Position numbers and translations under genes: made by a program | In this document: positions 49,761 to 58,791 of the stretch, piece after piece | How the letters are laid out: each line of letters begins with the position of its first letter | How positions within the stretch are numbered: the stretch's first letter is position 1 | The notes under the pieces: generated by a model | Told to the model about the DNA's origin: nothing | The model's input: only the letters and a program-made list of their open reading frames with translations | The model's database searches: none | From: Candidatus Hydrogenedentota bacterium | Lineage (GTDB): Bacteria; Hydrogenedentota; Hydrogenedentia; Hydrogenedentales; SLHB01 | Direction: 5' to 3' | Assembly: GCA_045863295.1 (NCBI GenBank) | Contig: BTWA01000025.1 | Location: 1 to 64,000, forward strand | Length of the DNA: 64,000 nucleotides

Positions 49761-51091
49761 CCAAAGGCGCCATTCAGGATGCATTGGACACTGCCATCAA
49801 ACTGGGGGCGGTCGAGGCCGAATTGGTGTGCCTGAAAAGTGAGTCGCTGGAAATTGAAGTGTGCGGGGGAGACGTGGAATCCCTTGCCGAAGCAGAGTCC
49901 ATCGGCACCGGACTCCGTTTGTTCACACCGGACCGGAGAATGGGGTTTGCCTTCTGCAGCGATGTCAACGGTGGATTGACAGCGCTTACTGAATCTGCCT
50001 GGCAGAACGCGCTTGGGAACGATCCCGATCCACATAACGGCCTGCACAAGGACGCCATCGAATCGTTTGACGACTGGACCGAGGAAGACTTCGCGGCTCG
50101 GCCGGTGGCTGAAAAAATCGATATTGCACGGTCAATCGAAGCGGCCACCCTCGCCAGCGAACCCCGTGTGCGGGCAGTACAGCAAGCTTCCTACGGCGAC
50201 ATTCTTAACGATGTGACCATAGCCAACACCCATGGACTCTTTCGCCGGTATCGTAGCGGTTACTGTTCGGCCTCCGTGGTGGCCGTGGCCGCAGGGGACA
50301 CCGGCGATCCCGAGATGGGCTGGGAATTTGATTTTGCCCGCACGTTTGAGGCTCTACGCCCCAATTGGGTGGCCGATAGATGTGCGCAACGTGCCGTCCG
50401 CGGCTTGGGTGGGAAGCCATGTGCATCGTGTGTCATGCCCATCGTGCTTGAAAACTACGTAGCCATGCAGATTCTCGGTATTCTCTCCACATCGCTCGCC
50501 GCCGATGAAGTCTTGAAAGGCCGATCCATGTTGGCCCACCGTGTGGGCGATGCCATTGCGTCCGAAGGGGTGTCTATCTACGATCAGAATGATCTGCCTG
50601 AAGGCATCAACAGGGCCCCATTTGACGGGGAAGGCGTTTCTGCGCAGCGGACTGTGCTCGTGGAAGACGGCCGTTTGGCTGGCTATCTGCACAGTGTTTA
50701 CACAGCTACCCGGGTGCAGGGCCAAAGCACCGCCAATGGCTCGCGAGGGGGGTTCAAATCCACTCCAGAAGTAAGCGCGTCGAACCTGTATCTCAACCCC
50801 GGAACTACGTCGTTGGAAGGCCTGCTGGATACCGCTTCAGAAGGGTTTTATGTGACAGAGGCCATGGGGGTGCATACAGCTGATCCGGTCTCTGGCGACT
50901 TCAGTTTTGGGGCCGCCGGCTTACACATAGTAAACGGCCGCCTCGGCTCTCCTATTCGAGGTGTGACGATTGCGGGAAATGTCATCGACATTTTTAGTAA
51001 GATAGCGGGGATCGGTGACGATTTGCGGTTCTTCGGCGCGTGTGGCGCGCCTTCCCTGTTAATTTCAGACGTCATGGTGAGTGGAGAATAA
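49757..51091 (+). CDS. pmbA: TldD/PmbA family protein, PmbA (TldE)-type
   Basis: FDGEG, SGDFS, GVTIAGN; no HExxGH zinc motif. Confidence 0.88.
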   Translation: MTKGAIQDALDTAIKLGAVEAELVCLKSESLEIEVCGGDVESLAEAESIGTGLRLFTPDRRMGFAFCSDVNGGLTALTESAWQNALGNDPDPHNGLHKDAIESFDDWTEEDFAARPVAEKIDIARSIEAATLASEPRVRAVQQASYGDILNDVTIANTHGLFRRYRSGYCSASVVAVAAGDTGDPEMGWEFDFARTFEALRPNWVADRCAQRAVRGLGGKPCASCVMPIVLENYVAMQILGILSTSLAADEVLKGRSMLAHRVGDAIASEGVSIYDQNDLPEGINRAPFDGEGVSAQRTVLVEDGRLAGYLHSVYTATRVQGQSTANGSRGGFKSTPEVSASNLYLNPGTTSLEGLLDTASEGFYVTEAMGVHTADPVSGDFSFGAAGLHIVNGRLGSPIRGVTIAGNVIDIFSKIAGIGDDLRFFGACGAPSLLISDVMVSGE

Positions 51092-51993
51092 TGGGCGGAG
51101 ATCAAACGGAATTTCAGGCACTGTATGCCGTGTTGTCCATGTTTGCCTTCGTATTGGGCTGCATGGTGGGCAGTTTCTTGAACGTCTGCGTGTATAGGCT
51201 GCCCCGTGGGTTGTCTGTGGTCAAGCCTCGTTCGCGCTGTCCCAAATGCGAAAGCAGCATCGTATGGTACGACAACATCCCCGTTTTAAGTTGGCTCGTA
51301 CTGGGCGCCAAATGTCGCAATTGCAAGAATCCCATCAGTTGGCAGTATCCACTGGTTGAAGCGATTACTGGATTGTTGTTTTTTCTGGTGTTCTGGAAGT
51401 TTGAGATTTCCATAGCGACCCCGATCTACATGGTGCTTGCGGCTGCACTGGTTCTTGTGACTTTTGTGGACCTGACGGATTGGACCATACCTGATTCGGT
51501 TAGCCTGCCCGGCATTCCGATAGGTATTGTGGTTTCGCTCGTGGCGATGTTCTACCCCGAGAGTAGGCTCGTTGTGATTGGCCCGTTCGACCAGGCGGTA
51601 TTTAATTCGCTGCTCGGCGTACTGGTGGGTGGCGGTAGTCTGTATGCGCTGGACAAAATCGCGTTGTTGCTCCTGAAGAAGCCCGGAATGGGCTTCGGCG
51701 ACGTAAAGTTGAATGCCATGCTTGGCGCTTTCTTTGGGCTGGGCGGGGTCATATTGGTAATTGTGCTCGCGTCGTTTGTAGGCGCCTTAATTGGCATCAT
51801 TCAGATGGTCGCATCCAAACCCAAGCCGGTGTCTGCCGAGGCGGGAGACGGCGAAGGTGCTGAAAGCGGCGAGCCCGGAGCTCATTACCTGCCATTCGGC
51901 CCGTATCTTTCCTTGGCAGCCATGTTGGTCATGTTTTTTGGTGCGGAGTTGGTCCGGATGTACTTCGACTTTCTACGGGGCCCGGCATACTGA
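51091..51993 (+). CDS. pilD: Prepilin peptidase (A24)
   Basis: GSFLNV, RSRCPKC, CRNC, GFGDVKL, PFGPYL. Confidence 0.95.
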   Translation: MGGDQTEFQALYAVLSMFAFVLGCMVGSFLNVCVYRLPRGLSVVKPRSRCPKCESSIVWYDNIPVLSWLVLGAKCRNCKNPISWQYPLVEAITGLLFFLVFWKFEISIATPIYMVLAAALVLVTFVDLTDWTIPDSVSLPGIPIGIVVSLVAMFYPESRLVVIGPFDQAVFNSLLGVLVGGGSLYALDKIALLLLKKPGMGFGDVKLNAMLGAFFGLGGVILVIVLASFVGALIGIIQMVASKPKPVSAEAGDGEGAESGEPGAHYLPFGPYLSLAAMLVMFFGAELVRMYFDFLRGPAY

Positions 51994-52160
51994 ACAGCCC
52001 GATTTTGGCGACTGCTACCACACGGTGCTTTGCCGCCCTGGTATGCATGAAAAGCTCAGTAAGGGCGTCATGCATAGTTCGAAACTGGGGCGCCGGTCCT
52101 GTCGAGTGGGTGCCCCAACAATCCAGGAACAGGCGCAACGTGCAGCGCCGGGAGCATCGT

Positions 52161-52454
52161 ATGAGCAAGAAGCAGCATATCGAAGAGGAAATCGAGTATA
52201 TCGATCGGCGACTCGCCAACGCGGAAAGCTACCTTGCCCAAGGCGTCAATATTGAAGGACAAGATGCGCTATTTCACTTAGACGATTGGTCGGGAAATTC
52301 CGGTCATCCACTGTGGATGAAGAACCACATGATTCCCGTTACAGAACGCTATAAGGCCCGAAAGTTGAAGGCCTTGGAGTCTATTGACGCGAAGGACAAG
52401 GCAAAACGTATAGCGTTGCGAAAGAAGTCCTGTAACGACTTTTCACCCAAATGA
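52161..52454 (+). CDS. Hypothetical charged protein
   Basis: GGAG SD, coding-like composition, no recognised family. Confidence 0.6.
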   Translation: MSKKQHIEEEIEYIDRRLANAESYLAQGVNIEGQDALFHLDDWSGNSGHPLWMKNHMIPVTERYKARKLKALESIDAKDKAKRIALRKKSCNDFSPK

Positions 52455-52588
52455 AGTGGCCCGGACTTGGCCTTTCAAAAGAGATGGTGGTCCTCAGTTT
52501 TGTTGCGTAGTATACATTGCTCTCGGCGTCGGCATGAAGACACTGGGAGGCCATGTATGGGCCATTGGATTGCGTAGGAGCATCGAAC

Positions 52589-53764
52589 GTGTTGCGTTAC
52601 TATTCTGCCGGCGAGTCTCACGGCCGCGGTATATTCTGTTTTTTGGACGGCATCCCCGCCGGGCTGGAACTTGAACCGGAAGACATCAATTTCTGGTTGG
52701 CGGAGCGTCAGAAAGGATACGGCCGCGGAGGGCGTCAACGCATTGAGAAAGACGAAGTCGATGTGTTGACGGGGATGCGCGGCGGAATAACCCTGGGCGG
52801 TCCGATAATCATGGCTGTCTGGAACCGCGATTTCGAGAATTGGCGCAATGCCATGGATCCTTGGAAACCCTCCACCGGCGAGCGATCGGAGAAAATTGTC
52901 CGGCCGCGTCCCGGACATGCCGATCTGGTAGGCGCTATGAAGTACGGCCATGACGATTGCCGCAACGTCCTTGAACGGGCCTCGGCACGCGAGACGGCGG
53001 GGCGTGTTGCGGCAGGGGCTCTGTGCCGGAAGCTCTTGGCGGAATTTGGCGTTGGAATCGCCGCGCACGTGACTCAAATCGGATCGGTAATCGCAGACAG
53101 CGACACGATTCCATCCGAAAAAATACATGAGCTGTCCATGAATTCGGAAGTGCGCTGTTGTGACGCGGCCGTGGAAGCTTCAATGGTCGCGGAAATCAAG
53201 AAGGCAAAACAGGCCAAGGACACATTGGGCGGTGTAGTGGAAGTCCGCGCTTGGGGTCTTGCTCCGGGTCTGGGCACGTATACCCAATGGGATCGAAAAC
53301 TGGATGCTCAAATCGCCGAAATGATGATGAGTATACAAGCAGTGAAAGGGGTGGAAATTGGCTTGGGATTCCGCGGCGCGGAACGTTTTGGCAGTGCATT
53401 CCACGACGAAATCGTCTGGTCTGACGAGGTCCGGACGGGGGGGCACTACCGCCGCACGACGAACAACCTCGGGGGCACGGAAGGCAGCATGTCCACCGGC
53501 GAGGATTTGGTGGTTCGGGTAGTGAAGAAGCCCATTTCAACGTTGATGAAACCTCTGCGGAGCGTGGACATGGTTTCCCATGAGGGCGTCGAGGCGGTAT
53601 ACGAACGCAGCGACACTTGTGCTGTACCGGCCTTGGCCATTATTGTCGAAGCGTCGCTGGCAATCGTACTGGCCGGGTTATACTGTGAGAAGTTCGGCGG
53701 AGACACCGTCGACGAGATGAAGCGCAATTTCGAAGGTTACGTCGCGTACATCAACTCAAGGTGA
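52589..53764 (+). CDS. aroC: Chorismate synthase
   Basis: AGESHG, PRPGHAD, ERASARETA, ERSD. Confidence 0.97.
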   Translation: MLRYYSAGESHGRGIFCFLDGIPAGLELEPEDINFWLAERQKGYGRGGRQRIEKDEVDVLTGMRGGITLGGPIIMAVWNRDFENWRNAMDPWKPSTGERSEKIVRPRPGHADLVGAMKYGHDDCRNVLERASARETAGRVAAGALCRKLLAEFGVGIAAHVTQIGSVIADSDTIPSEKIHELSMNSEVRCCDAAVEASMVAEIKKAKQAKDTLGGVVEVRAWGLAPGLGTYTQWDRKLDAQIAEMMMSIQAVKGVEIGLGFRGAERFGSAFHDEIVWSDEVRTGGHYRRTTNNLGGTEGSMSTGEDLVVRVVKKPISTLMKPLRSVDMVSHEGVEAVYERSDTCAVPALAIIVEASLAIVLAGLYCEKFGGDTVDEMKRNFEGYVAYINSR

Positions 53765-53768
53765 TACC

Positions 53769-54869
53769 ATGGCTGTCGTTGTGGAAATGGCCGGTCTAAT
53801 CCGCCTTAACGAAATCTATATGGAGCGAGTTTGGGGTGGGTCCAAACTAAAGTCCCTGTTGGGCAAACCGGTTCCGCAAGGCCCTCCCGTTGGAGAAGCA
53901 TGGATCGTATCCGACCACGCCACTGCCGTGAGCAGCGTGGTCAGCGGCCCGTTGAAAGGATACTCGCTCCACGAACTGCTGACCAACGATCCCAAGTCGC
54001 TGCTAGGGTACCACGCCAAACCGACGCCTTTTGGCCGTTTTCCACTCTTGTTGAAACTGTTGGACACGGCGGAATGGCTGTCCATCCAGGTGCATCCCGA
54101 CGACCAAACGGCAGTTCGCCTTGGCGAGTTGGACGTCGGCAAGACCGAAATGTGGTACATCATGAATGCGGACCCGGGAAGCCGTATTCTCTGCGGCATG
54201 AATCCTACACTGACGGCCCAATCGCTGCCAACCGAGTGCGCGAACGGCGCCATTCAATCTCAATTGAAATCCGTGCCGGTGACAGCGGGTGATGCCGTTT
54301 TTGTGCCGGCGGGTCACATGCATTCCATTGGTGGTGGGGTTCTTCTGGCGGAGATTCAACAAAACAGCGACCTCACCTACCGGGTTTATGACTGGGGCCG
54401 GGAAGGCGACGACGGCAAGCCACGTCCACTGCATATCGACAAAGCCTTGGAGGCGACTCGATTTGGTGCCGAGCACCCGGGTCTTGCCATTCCACTTGCG
54501 TTGAGATTTGACCATGGCCAACGGGCCATTTTGGGGGCTTGCCGGTATTTCGCAACAGAAAAGGTGGATGTCTCGGGTACGTATGTGCGCGATACGCGGA
54601 ATGCTTCTTTTCACATTTTGCTTGGCCTGTCGCGTGAGTTGACTGTGACAGCTGGTGGCGATGACGCTCTTTTGCGACGGGGCGAAGCACTTTTGATACC
54701 CGGTTGTATGGCCGAATTCCGAGCCAATGGGACCGGATCGTTTCTGGATTATTATGTACCCGACTTGCTGGTGGATGTAGTTGAGCCTTTGAGACGGATG
54801 GGGTACCGCGATTCCTTGATGGTCGGTTTGGGTGGCGACCCGGTTCACAGCGATGTGGCTTTACTGTAG
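53769..54869 (+). CDS. manA: Type I mannose-6-phosphate isomerase
   Basis: VWGG, FPLLLK, LSIQVHP, GKTEMW, EIQQNSD.TYR. Confidence 0.92.
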   Translation: MAVVVEMAGLIRLNEIYMERVWGGSKLKSLLGKPVPQGPPVGEAWIVSDHATAVSSVVSGPLKGYSLHELLTNDPKSLLGYHAKPTPFGRFPLLLKLLDTAEWLSIQVHPDDQTAVRLGELDVGKTEMWYIMNADPGSRILCGMNPTLTAQSLPTECANGAIQSQLKSVPVTAGDAVFVPAGHMHSIGGGVLLAEIQQNSDLTYRVYDWGREGDDGKPRPLHIDKALEATRFGAEHPGLAIPLALRFDHGQRAILGACRYFATEKVDVSGTYVRDTRNASFHILLGLSRELTVTAGGDDALLRRGEALLIPGCMAEFRANGTGSFLDYYVPDLLVDVVEPLRRMGYRDSLMVGLGGDPVHSDVALL

Positions 54870-54991
54870 ATTTTGTTCCATTTTGGACCTGTTTGTGATC
54901 GTTAAGTTTCTGTTAGCCACCTAAGAGACAATCAAGGTAACCTGTCCGCCAGTTAACACACACCTTGCTCGGGTCTTTGTTAAGGACAGGC

Positions 54992-55582
54992 ATGCACGTA
55001 GAAGATGCACAGCTCGTACAGCGTTGCCTTGAGGGAGACACGGACGCTTTCGGAAAGCTGGTCGAGTCTTACCAAGGTGCCGTATTCGCCACGGCGTATT
55101 ATTACGCCGGGCGGTACGGTGCGGCGGAGGATATCGCCCAGGATGCCTTTCTGGAAGCTTACCGTAACCTTCGAAATCTGCGCGACCCGAACCGGTTCGG
55201 CCCGTGGCTCAAAGAGTTGACGTGCCGGACGTCGGCGAATTGGTTGCGCAAACATGGCAAGCGGCTGCAGAACGAAACGCCGCTGCCATATCGAAGGACG
55301 ATTTCGATTGAAGATGCTCGGCTCGGCCCGGAACAGCTCAGCGAGCGCAATGAAAAAATTGAACGCATCAATCGCGCCATAGACGCACTGCCCGAACGGT
55401 ACCGGTTGCCGGTTGTGCTTCGGTACCTTCAGGAACTCAGTTACCACGAAATAAGCGAGTTCACGGGTGAATCGAAAGATGAAATACGTGGCGTGCTGGA
55501 ACGGGCGAGCCGGCTGATGCGTGACATTCTCGAAGGACGCAGTTCAGAGGAGCAGGACACGTGGCGTCGTGTACGCGAATAA
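54992..55582 (+). CDS. ECF RNA polymerase sigma factor
   Basis: AEDIAQDAF..AY, FGPWL, LSYHEIS. Confidence 0.92.
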   Translation: MHVEDAQLVQRCLEGDTDAFGKLVESYQGAVFATAYYYAGRYGAAEDIAQDAFLEAYRNLRNLRDPNRFGPWLKELTCRTSANWLRKHGKRLQNETPLPYRRTISIEDARLGPEQLSERNEKIERINRAIDALPERYRLPVVLRYLQELSYHEISEFTGESKDEIRGVLERASRLMRDILEGRSSEEQDTWRRVRE

Positions 55583-56829
55583 AGGGTTTGCTGCAAGCGT
55601 ATATCGACGGTGAGCTCTCTCATTCCGATCGAGTTATCGTCGAGTTGCACGTTTCAGAATGCGGAGCATGCGGAGAAGAATTCCGCGAACGCCAGCGCAT
55701 GTCCGCATTGATATTCGAAGCCATGTCGGAAGATCGGCTGTCGCGAAATCTTCGCCAGACCGTACTCGAGAATCTGCCGGAAATCCAACCGGTCGCAAGG
55801 GACATTCAAGAGTACAATTGGCGGGTAAAGCATTCGCATGATCGATGGCGTAGGGTCGCTCGCTATTCGCCGGCGGTGGCCGTGGTCTTCCTGCTTCTTA
55901 TAGCCGTGATTTTGAACTCGTACTGGCCCCGTGAAGCTGTCCCAAGCGATGCGATAGGACTGCTCACGGGCGTCAGGGGAGTTGCGGATCGCGTGGCCGA
56001 ATCGCAGCGTGCTTCAGTGCGTGACTCGGTGCGCCGGAACGACGAGTTCTCTACGGCCGCCAGAAGTAGCCTTGTCATGCGCCTCCTGGGATCCACCGAA
56101 GTCAAACTTTCGGCAGAAGGCCGGATGCGGGTGATCAATTCTCGTCATCTGCACGTCGAGGAGGGGACCATCTGGTTGGATGTGTCGCCCTCGGGGCGGC
56201 TCTTCAAAGTCAGCACACCTTCGGGTGAAGTGAACGTATTCGGGACGATGTTTTCGGTCGCGGTCAAACCGGACAATACCGTGGTTACCGTTGAACGAGG
56301 GGAAGTGCACGTGGCCCAGGGCGATCACTTCACGATCCTGGAGTTGGGCCAACAGGCGCACATGTCCAAGGGGGGTGGCATTCGCAAGACAGACGTAAAT
56401 GCGCACGATGCCCATTCTTGGGCTCATGCGTTGGAAGCCGATGCCTCCGCGGACCTACTGTTTGCCAGCAAGATGCAGAACCGAGTAGCGCCTTTCGATG
56501 AGCCGGAGGCGAGGCCGTACACATGGGAAATGCACTTGGCCGGATCGGGGGCCAAGGCGGTTACGGGAATGGTCTTGAACTGGCGGCCGGACGGATTAAC
56601 CACAGGCCATTGCAGCTACGATCTGTATGTGACAGACGAGAAGAACAACCCACTGTTCAAGTGCAAAGTGAATGGCGCCATCTTTCGTAATCCCGAACGC
56701 AGTTCATTTAACGTCGAGTTGCCGAACGGCCGGATTGAAGGCGTACGTTGGATTCAAATTCGCCTAATCCCCGACTACAGCACTGGACAGGTTGAGATGG
56801 ATAGTTTCACCATATTGCTTCAAACCTAG
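55561..56829 (+). CDS. Anti-sigma factor with zf-HC2 and FecR domains
   Basis: C...YIDGEL...HVSECGAC, TM, V.TP.G.V.V.GT.F.V, VTVERGEV. Confidence 0.88.
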   Translation: MASCTRIKGLLQAYIDGELSHSDRVIVELHVSECGACGEEFRERQRMSALIFEAMSEDRLSRNLRQTVLENLPEIQPVARDIQEYNWRVKHSHDRWRRVARYSPAVAVVFLLLIAVILNSYWPREAVPSDAIGLLTGVRGVADRVAESQRASVRDSVRRNDEFSTAARSSLVMRLLGSTEVKLSAEGRMRVINSRHLHVEEGTIWLDVSPSGRLFKVSTPSGEVNVFGTMFSVAVKPDNTVVTVERGEVHVAQGDHFTILELGQQAHMSKGGGIRKTDVNAHDAHSWAHALEADASADLLFASKMQNRVAPFDEPEARPYTWEMHLAGSGAKAVTGMVLNWRPDGLTTGHCSYDLYVTDEKNNPLFKCKVNGAIFRNPERSSFNVELPNGRIEGVRWIQIRLIPDYSTGQVEMDSFTILLQT

Positions 56830-57028
56830 TGCGTTTGAGATTCGTCCAAAAAGTTGAATGCGGCCTCATATCGGAGGGGTAGGTACGTGAAGCTTTTGCA
56901 CACGACGTCTACCTTAAGACACTCCTTCCCCAAGAGTAACTGCAGCCAGGAGGTTTCGCCTGCCTGCTCCTCCGATCCAATCAATATTCGTCCGGGAACA
57001 CATTGAGATGGATGAAGAGGAGAACGGC

Positions 57029-57068
57029 AAAAAAAAAGAGACAGTAGCCGTCGGGGTCGACTACTGTC
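57029..57068 (-). terminator. Intrinsic terminator on minus strand
   Basis: ACAGTAGTCG / CGGCTACTGT stem then CTC and T9. Confidence 0.85.
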
Positions 57069-57135
57069 CGCCAGTACAAAAACGGCCTTCAGGGAAAATC
57101 AGCTGCTCGGAAACTGATTCGCCAACCGTCCTTGC
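57029..57135 (-). ncRNA. Candidate stand-alone small RNA (~105 nt)
   Basis: Bounded by a sigma70 promoter and intrinsic terminator; long internal hairpin; both flanking genes on the opposite strand. Confidence 0.6.
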
Positions 57136-57141
57136 AACCGA

Positions 57142-57170
57142 ATTGTAACACTCGATCCCGATTTGCGCAA
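57142..57170 (-). promoter_or_regulatory. Sigma70-type promoter
   Basis: TTGCGC-N17-TACAAT with AT-rich upstream region. Confidence 0.65.
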
Positions 57171-57383
57171 ACGTAGATTTCGTAAGGATGTCCATAATTG
57201 TTTGTTTGTTCGTGAAATCGGTCACATTTGTTTCGTGTTCTACTTGAAAATCCAATTCCCTCCCATAGAACTAGGGTTTGTAAGTCCTTCATCCGTACCC
57301 AATAACGGTAATTGTCGCATCCTCCTGCTGCGAAAGGGTGCTGCTTGTTTCCCTGCACAGCTTGGGTTAATCTATGCGGATCT

Positions 57384-58646
57384 ATGTCTGACCATAAATT
57401 ACATCCGCAAGCATGGGTAGCATTTGGAATTACGGGTCTTTTCGGGGCTGCGGAAGCGCTGTGTTCCATTTTCGTCAGTGTTTACCTTTGGGTGAACAGT
57501 CACGATCTAAATGTGATTTGCCGGTTCCATCTTGCCGTATTCGCCGTCACGCCCGTATTTTTCGTAATCTCGGGGTGGTATGCCCAGGCGAAAGACCGGC
57601 TGCAGGTCTACCGGTTTGGATTGGTCCTACACGCGATCTATTACGGCATCATGTTGTGGCTTCAAGAGCGGGCATCGGACCACGACATCCTGCTGGGTTC
57701 TCTGTTGGGAGTTGCCTGGGGCGTGTTTTATGCCGGCAACAACACGATTCACTATGACGTGACGTCGTCTGGCCGGCGCGAATACTATTACGGCATTTTG
57801 AGTGCAGTGAGCAATTTTTCGCGTCTGGTTGCCCCACCCGTTGGGGGTATCATTATTGCATACGCCCCCCAAAAGCTTCAGGGGTACCACCGGCTCTTCA
57901 TGGTCGTCATTGTACTTTACTTGATGGCGTATGTGCTGAGCTTTCTGTTGCCGTCGGATCGCCAACAACGTCCATTTCACATCAAGAAGGCCTTGTTTCC
58001 ACCGAAGAAACACAAGGATTGGCGTAACCTTCTCTACGCCGCGTTTACACTGGCTGGATCCTATTATGTTCTCGCATTCATGATTGGTTTACTGATGTAC
58101 ATGGAGACGGAGAAGGAAGTCTCCGTCGGAGGTTTTGCTTCCTTTCAGGCTTTGATAGCCATCGCGGTTTCGTATGGCCTCGGCTGGATCATGAAGCCTT
58201 TACATCGTAGACGCTACCTGTGTTGGTCCGCATGGCTGCTAACGGCCGGCGGCTTGCTCTTCTTTCTGCCGGTTACATCCGGCATTTTGATTGCATTCGG
58301 TATTATCCATGCAGTTTCCACGGCCATGTTCGACATTCCCCATTTCAGCCTGCGTGTCGAGGTTATTCAAGACACCGTTGACGATCCCACGCAACGGATC
58401 GAGTACTTGTGTGCCTGGGAGATTCCACTTGCGATTGGCCGTGTTGTCATGATGTTTTGCATGCTCGGACTCTCAAATTGGATCGCCGGCAGCGATTGGG
58501 GCGTTCGAATTACGTTGTTTATTCTCTGCGCGCTGCGCGTCTTGACGTATTTTTATTTGGCGCGCACTACACAATTGCAACGGCCTGGGCCATTGCTGCC
58601 GGAACCGGTCGCCGAATTGGAGGCAAAAACGCCAACAGGCACCTGA
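57384..58646 (+). CDS. MFS transporter
   Basis: About 12 TM helices with MFS-like two-halved layout. Confidence 0.8.
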   Translation: MSDHKLHPQAWVAFGITGLFGAAEALCSIFVSVYLWVNSHDLNVICRFHLAVFAVTPVFFVISGWYAQAKDRLQVYRFGLVLHAIYYGIMLWLQERASDHDILLGSLLGVAWGVFYAGNNTIHYDVTSSGRREYYYGILSAVSNFSRLVAPPVGGIIIAYAPQKLQGYHRLFMVVIVLYLMAYVLSFLLPSDRQQRPFHIKKALFPPKKHKDWRNLLYAAFTLAGSYYVLAFMIGLLMYMETEKEVSVGGFASFQALIAIAVSYGLGWIMKPLHRRRYLCWSAWLLTAGGLLFFLPVTSGILIAFGIIHAVSTAMFDIPHFSLRVEVIQDTVDDPTQRIEYLCAWEIPLAIGRVVMMFCMLGLSNWIAGSDWGVRITLFILCALRVLTYFYLARTTQLQRPGPLLPEPVAELEAKTPTGT

Positions 58647-58791
58647 CTCTTTCATCCGCGGCTTGTTTCGCGATCGGATTGCGGAAGTCGACGATTGGAA
58701 TCAATGCACCAGCTTTTCGCGTCTTCGGTCCTTGATCCGCACATTCGCTAGTTGTTACAGTCCGATACTGGGTAGCGGGGGAGAAGCGATC

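Noticed and set aside
54003..54848. 281-aa minus-strand ORF
   Set aside because: Antisense shadow of manA
56830..57028. CsrB-like GGA-repeat RNA on the minus strand
   Set aside because: Several GGA motifs but not clearly in regular hairpin loops, no own promoter, and it lies beyond a strong terminator
57029..57135. SRP (4.5S) RNA or tRNA
   Set aside because: Lacks the CAGG..GGAA..AGCA domain IV motif and has no cloverleaf or T-loop
57061..57255. 64-aa minus-strand ORF with GGAGG-like SD and TTG start
   Set aside because: A consensus-like promoter lies inside it, its stop sits in the terminator stem, and the sequence looks non-coding; the sRNA reading is preferred but this ORF is not fully excluded
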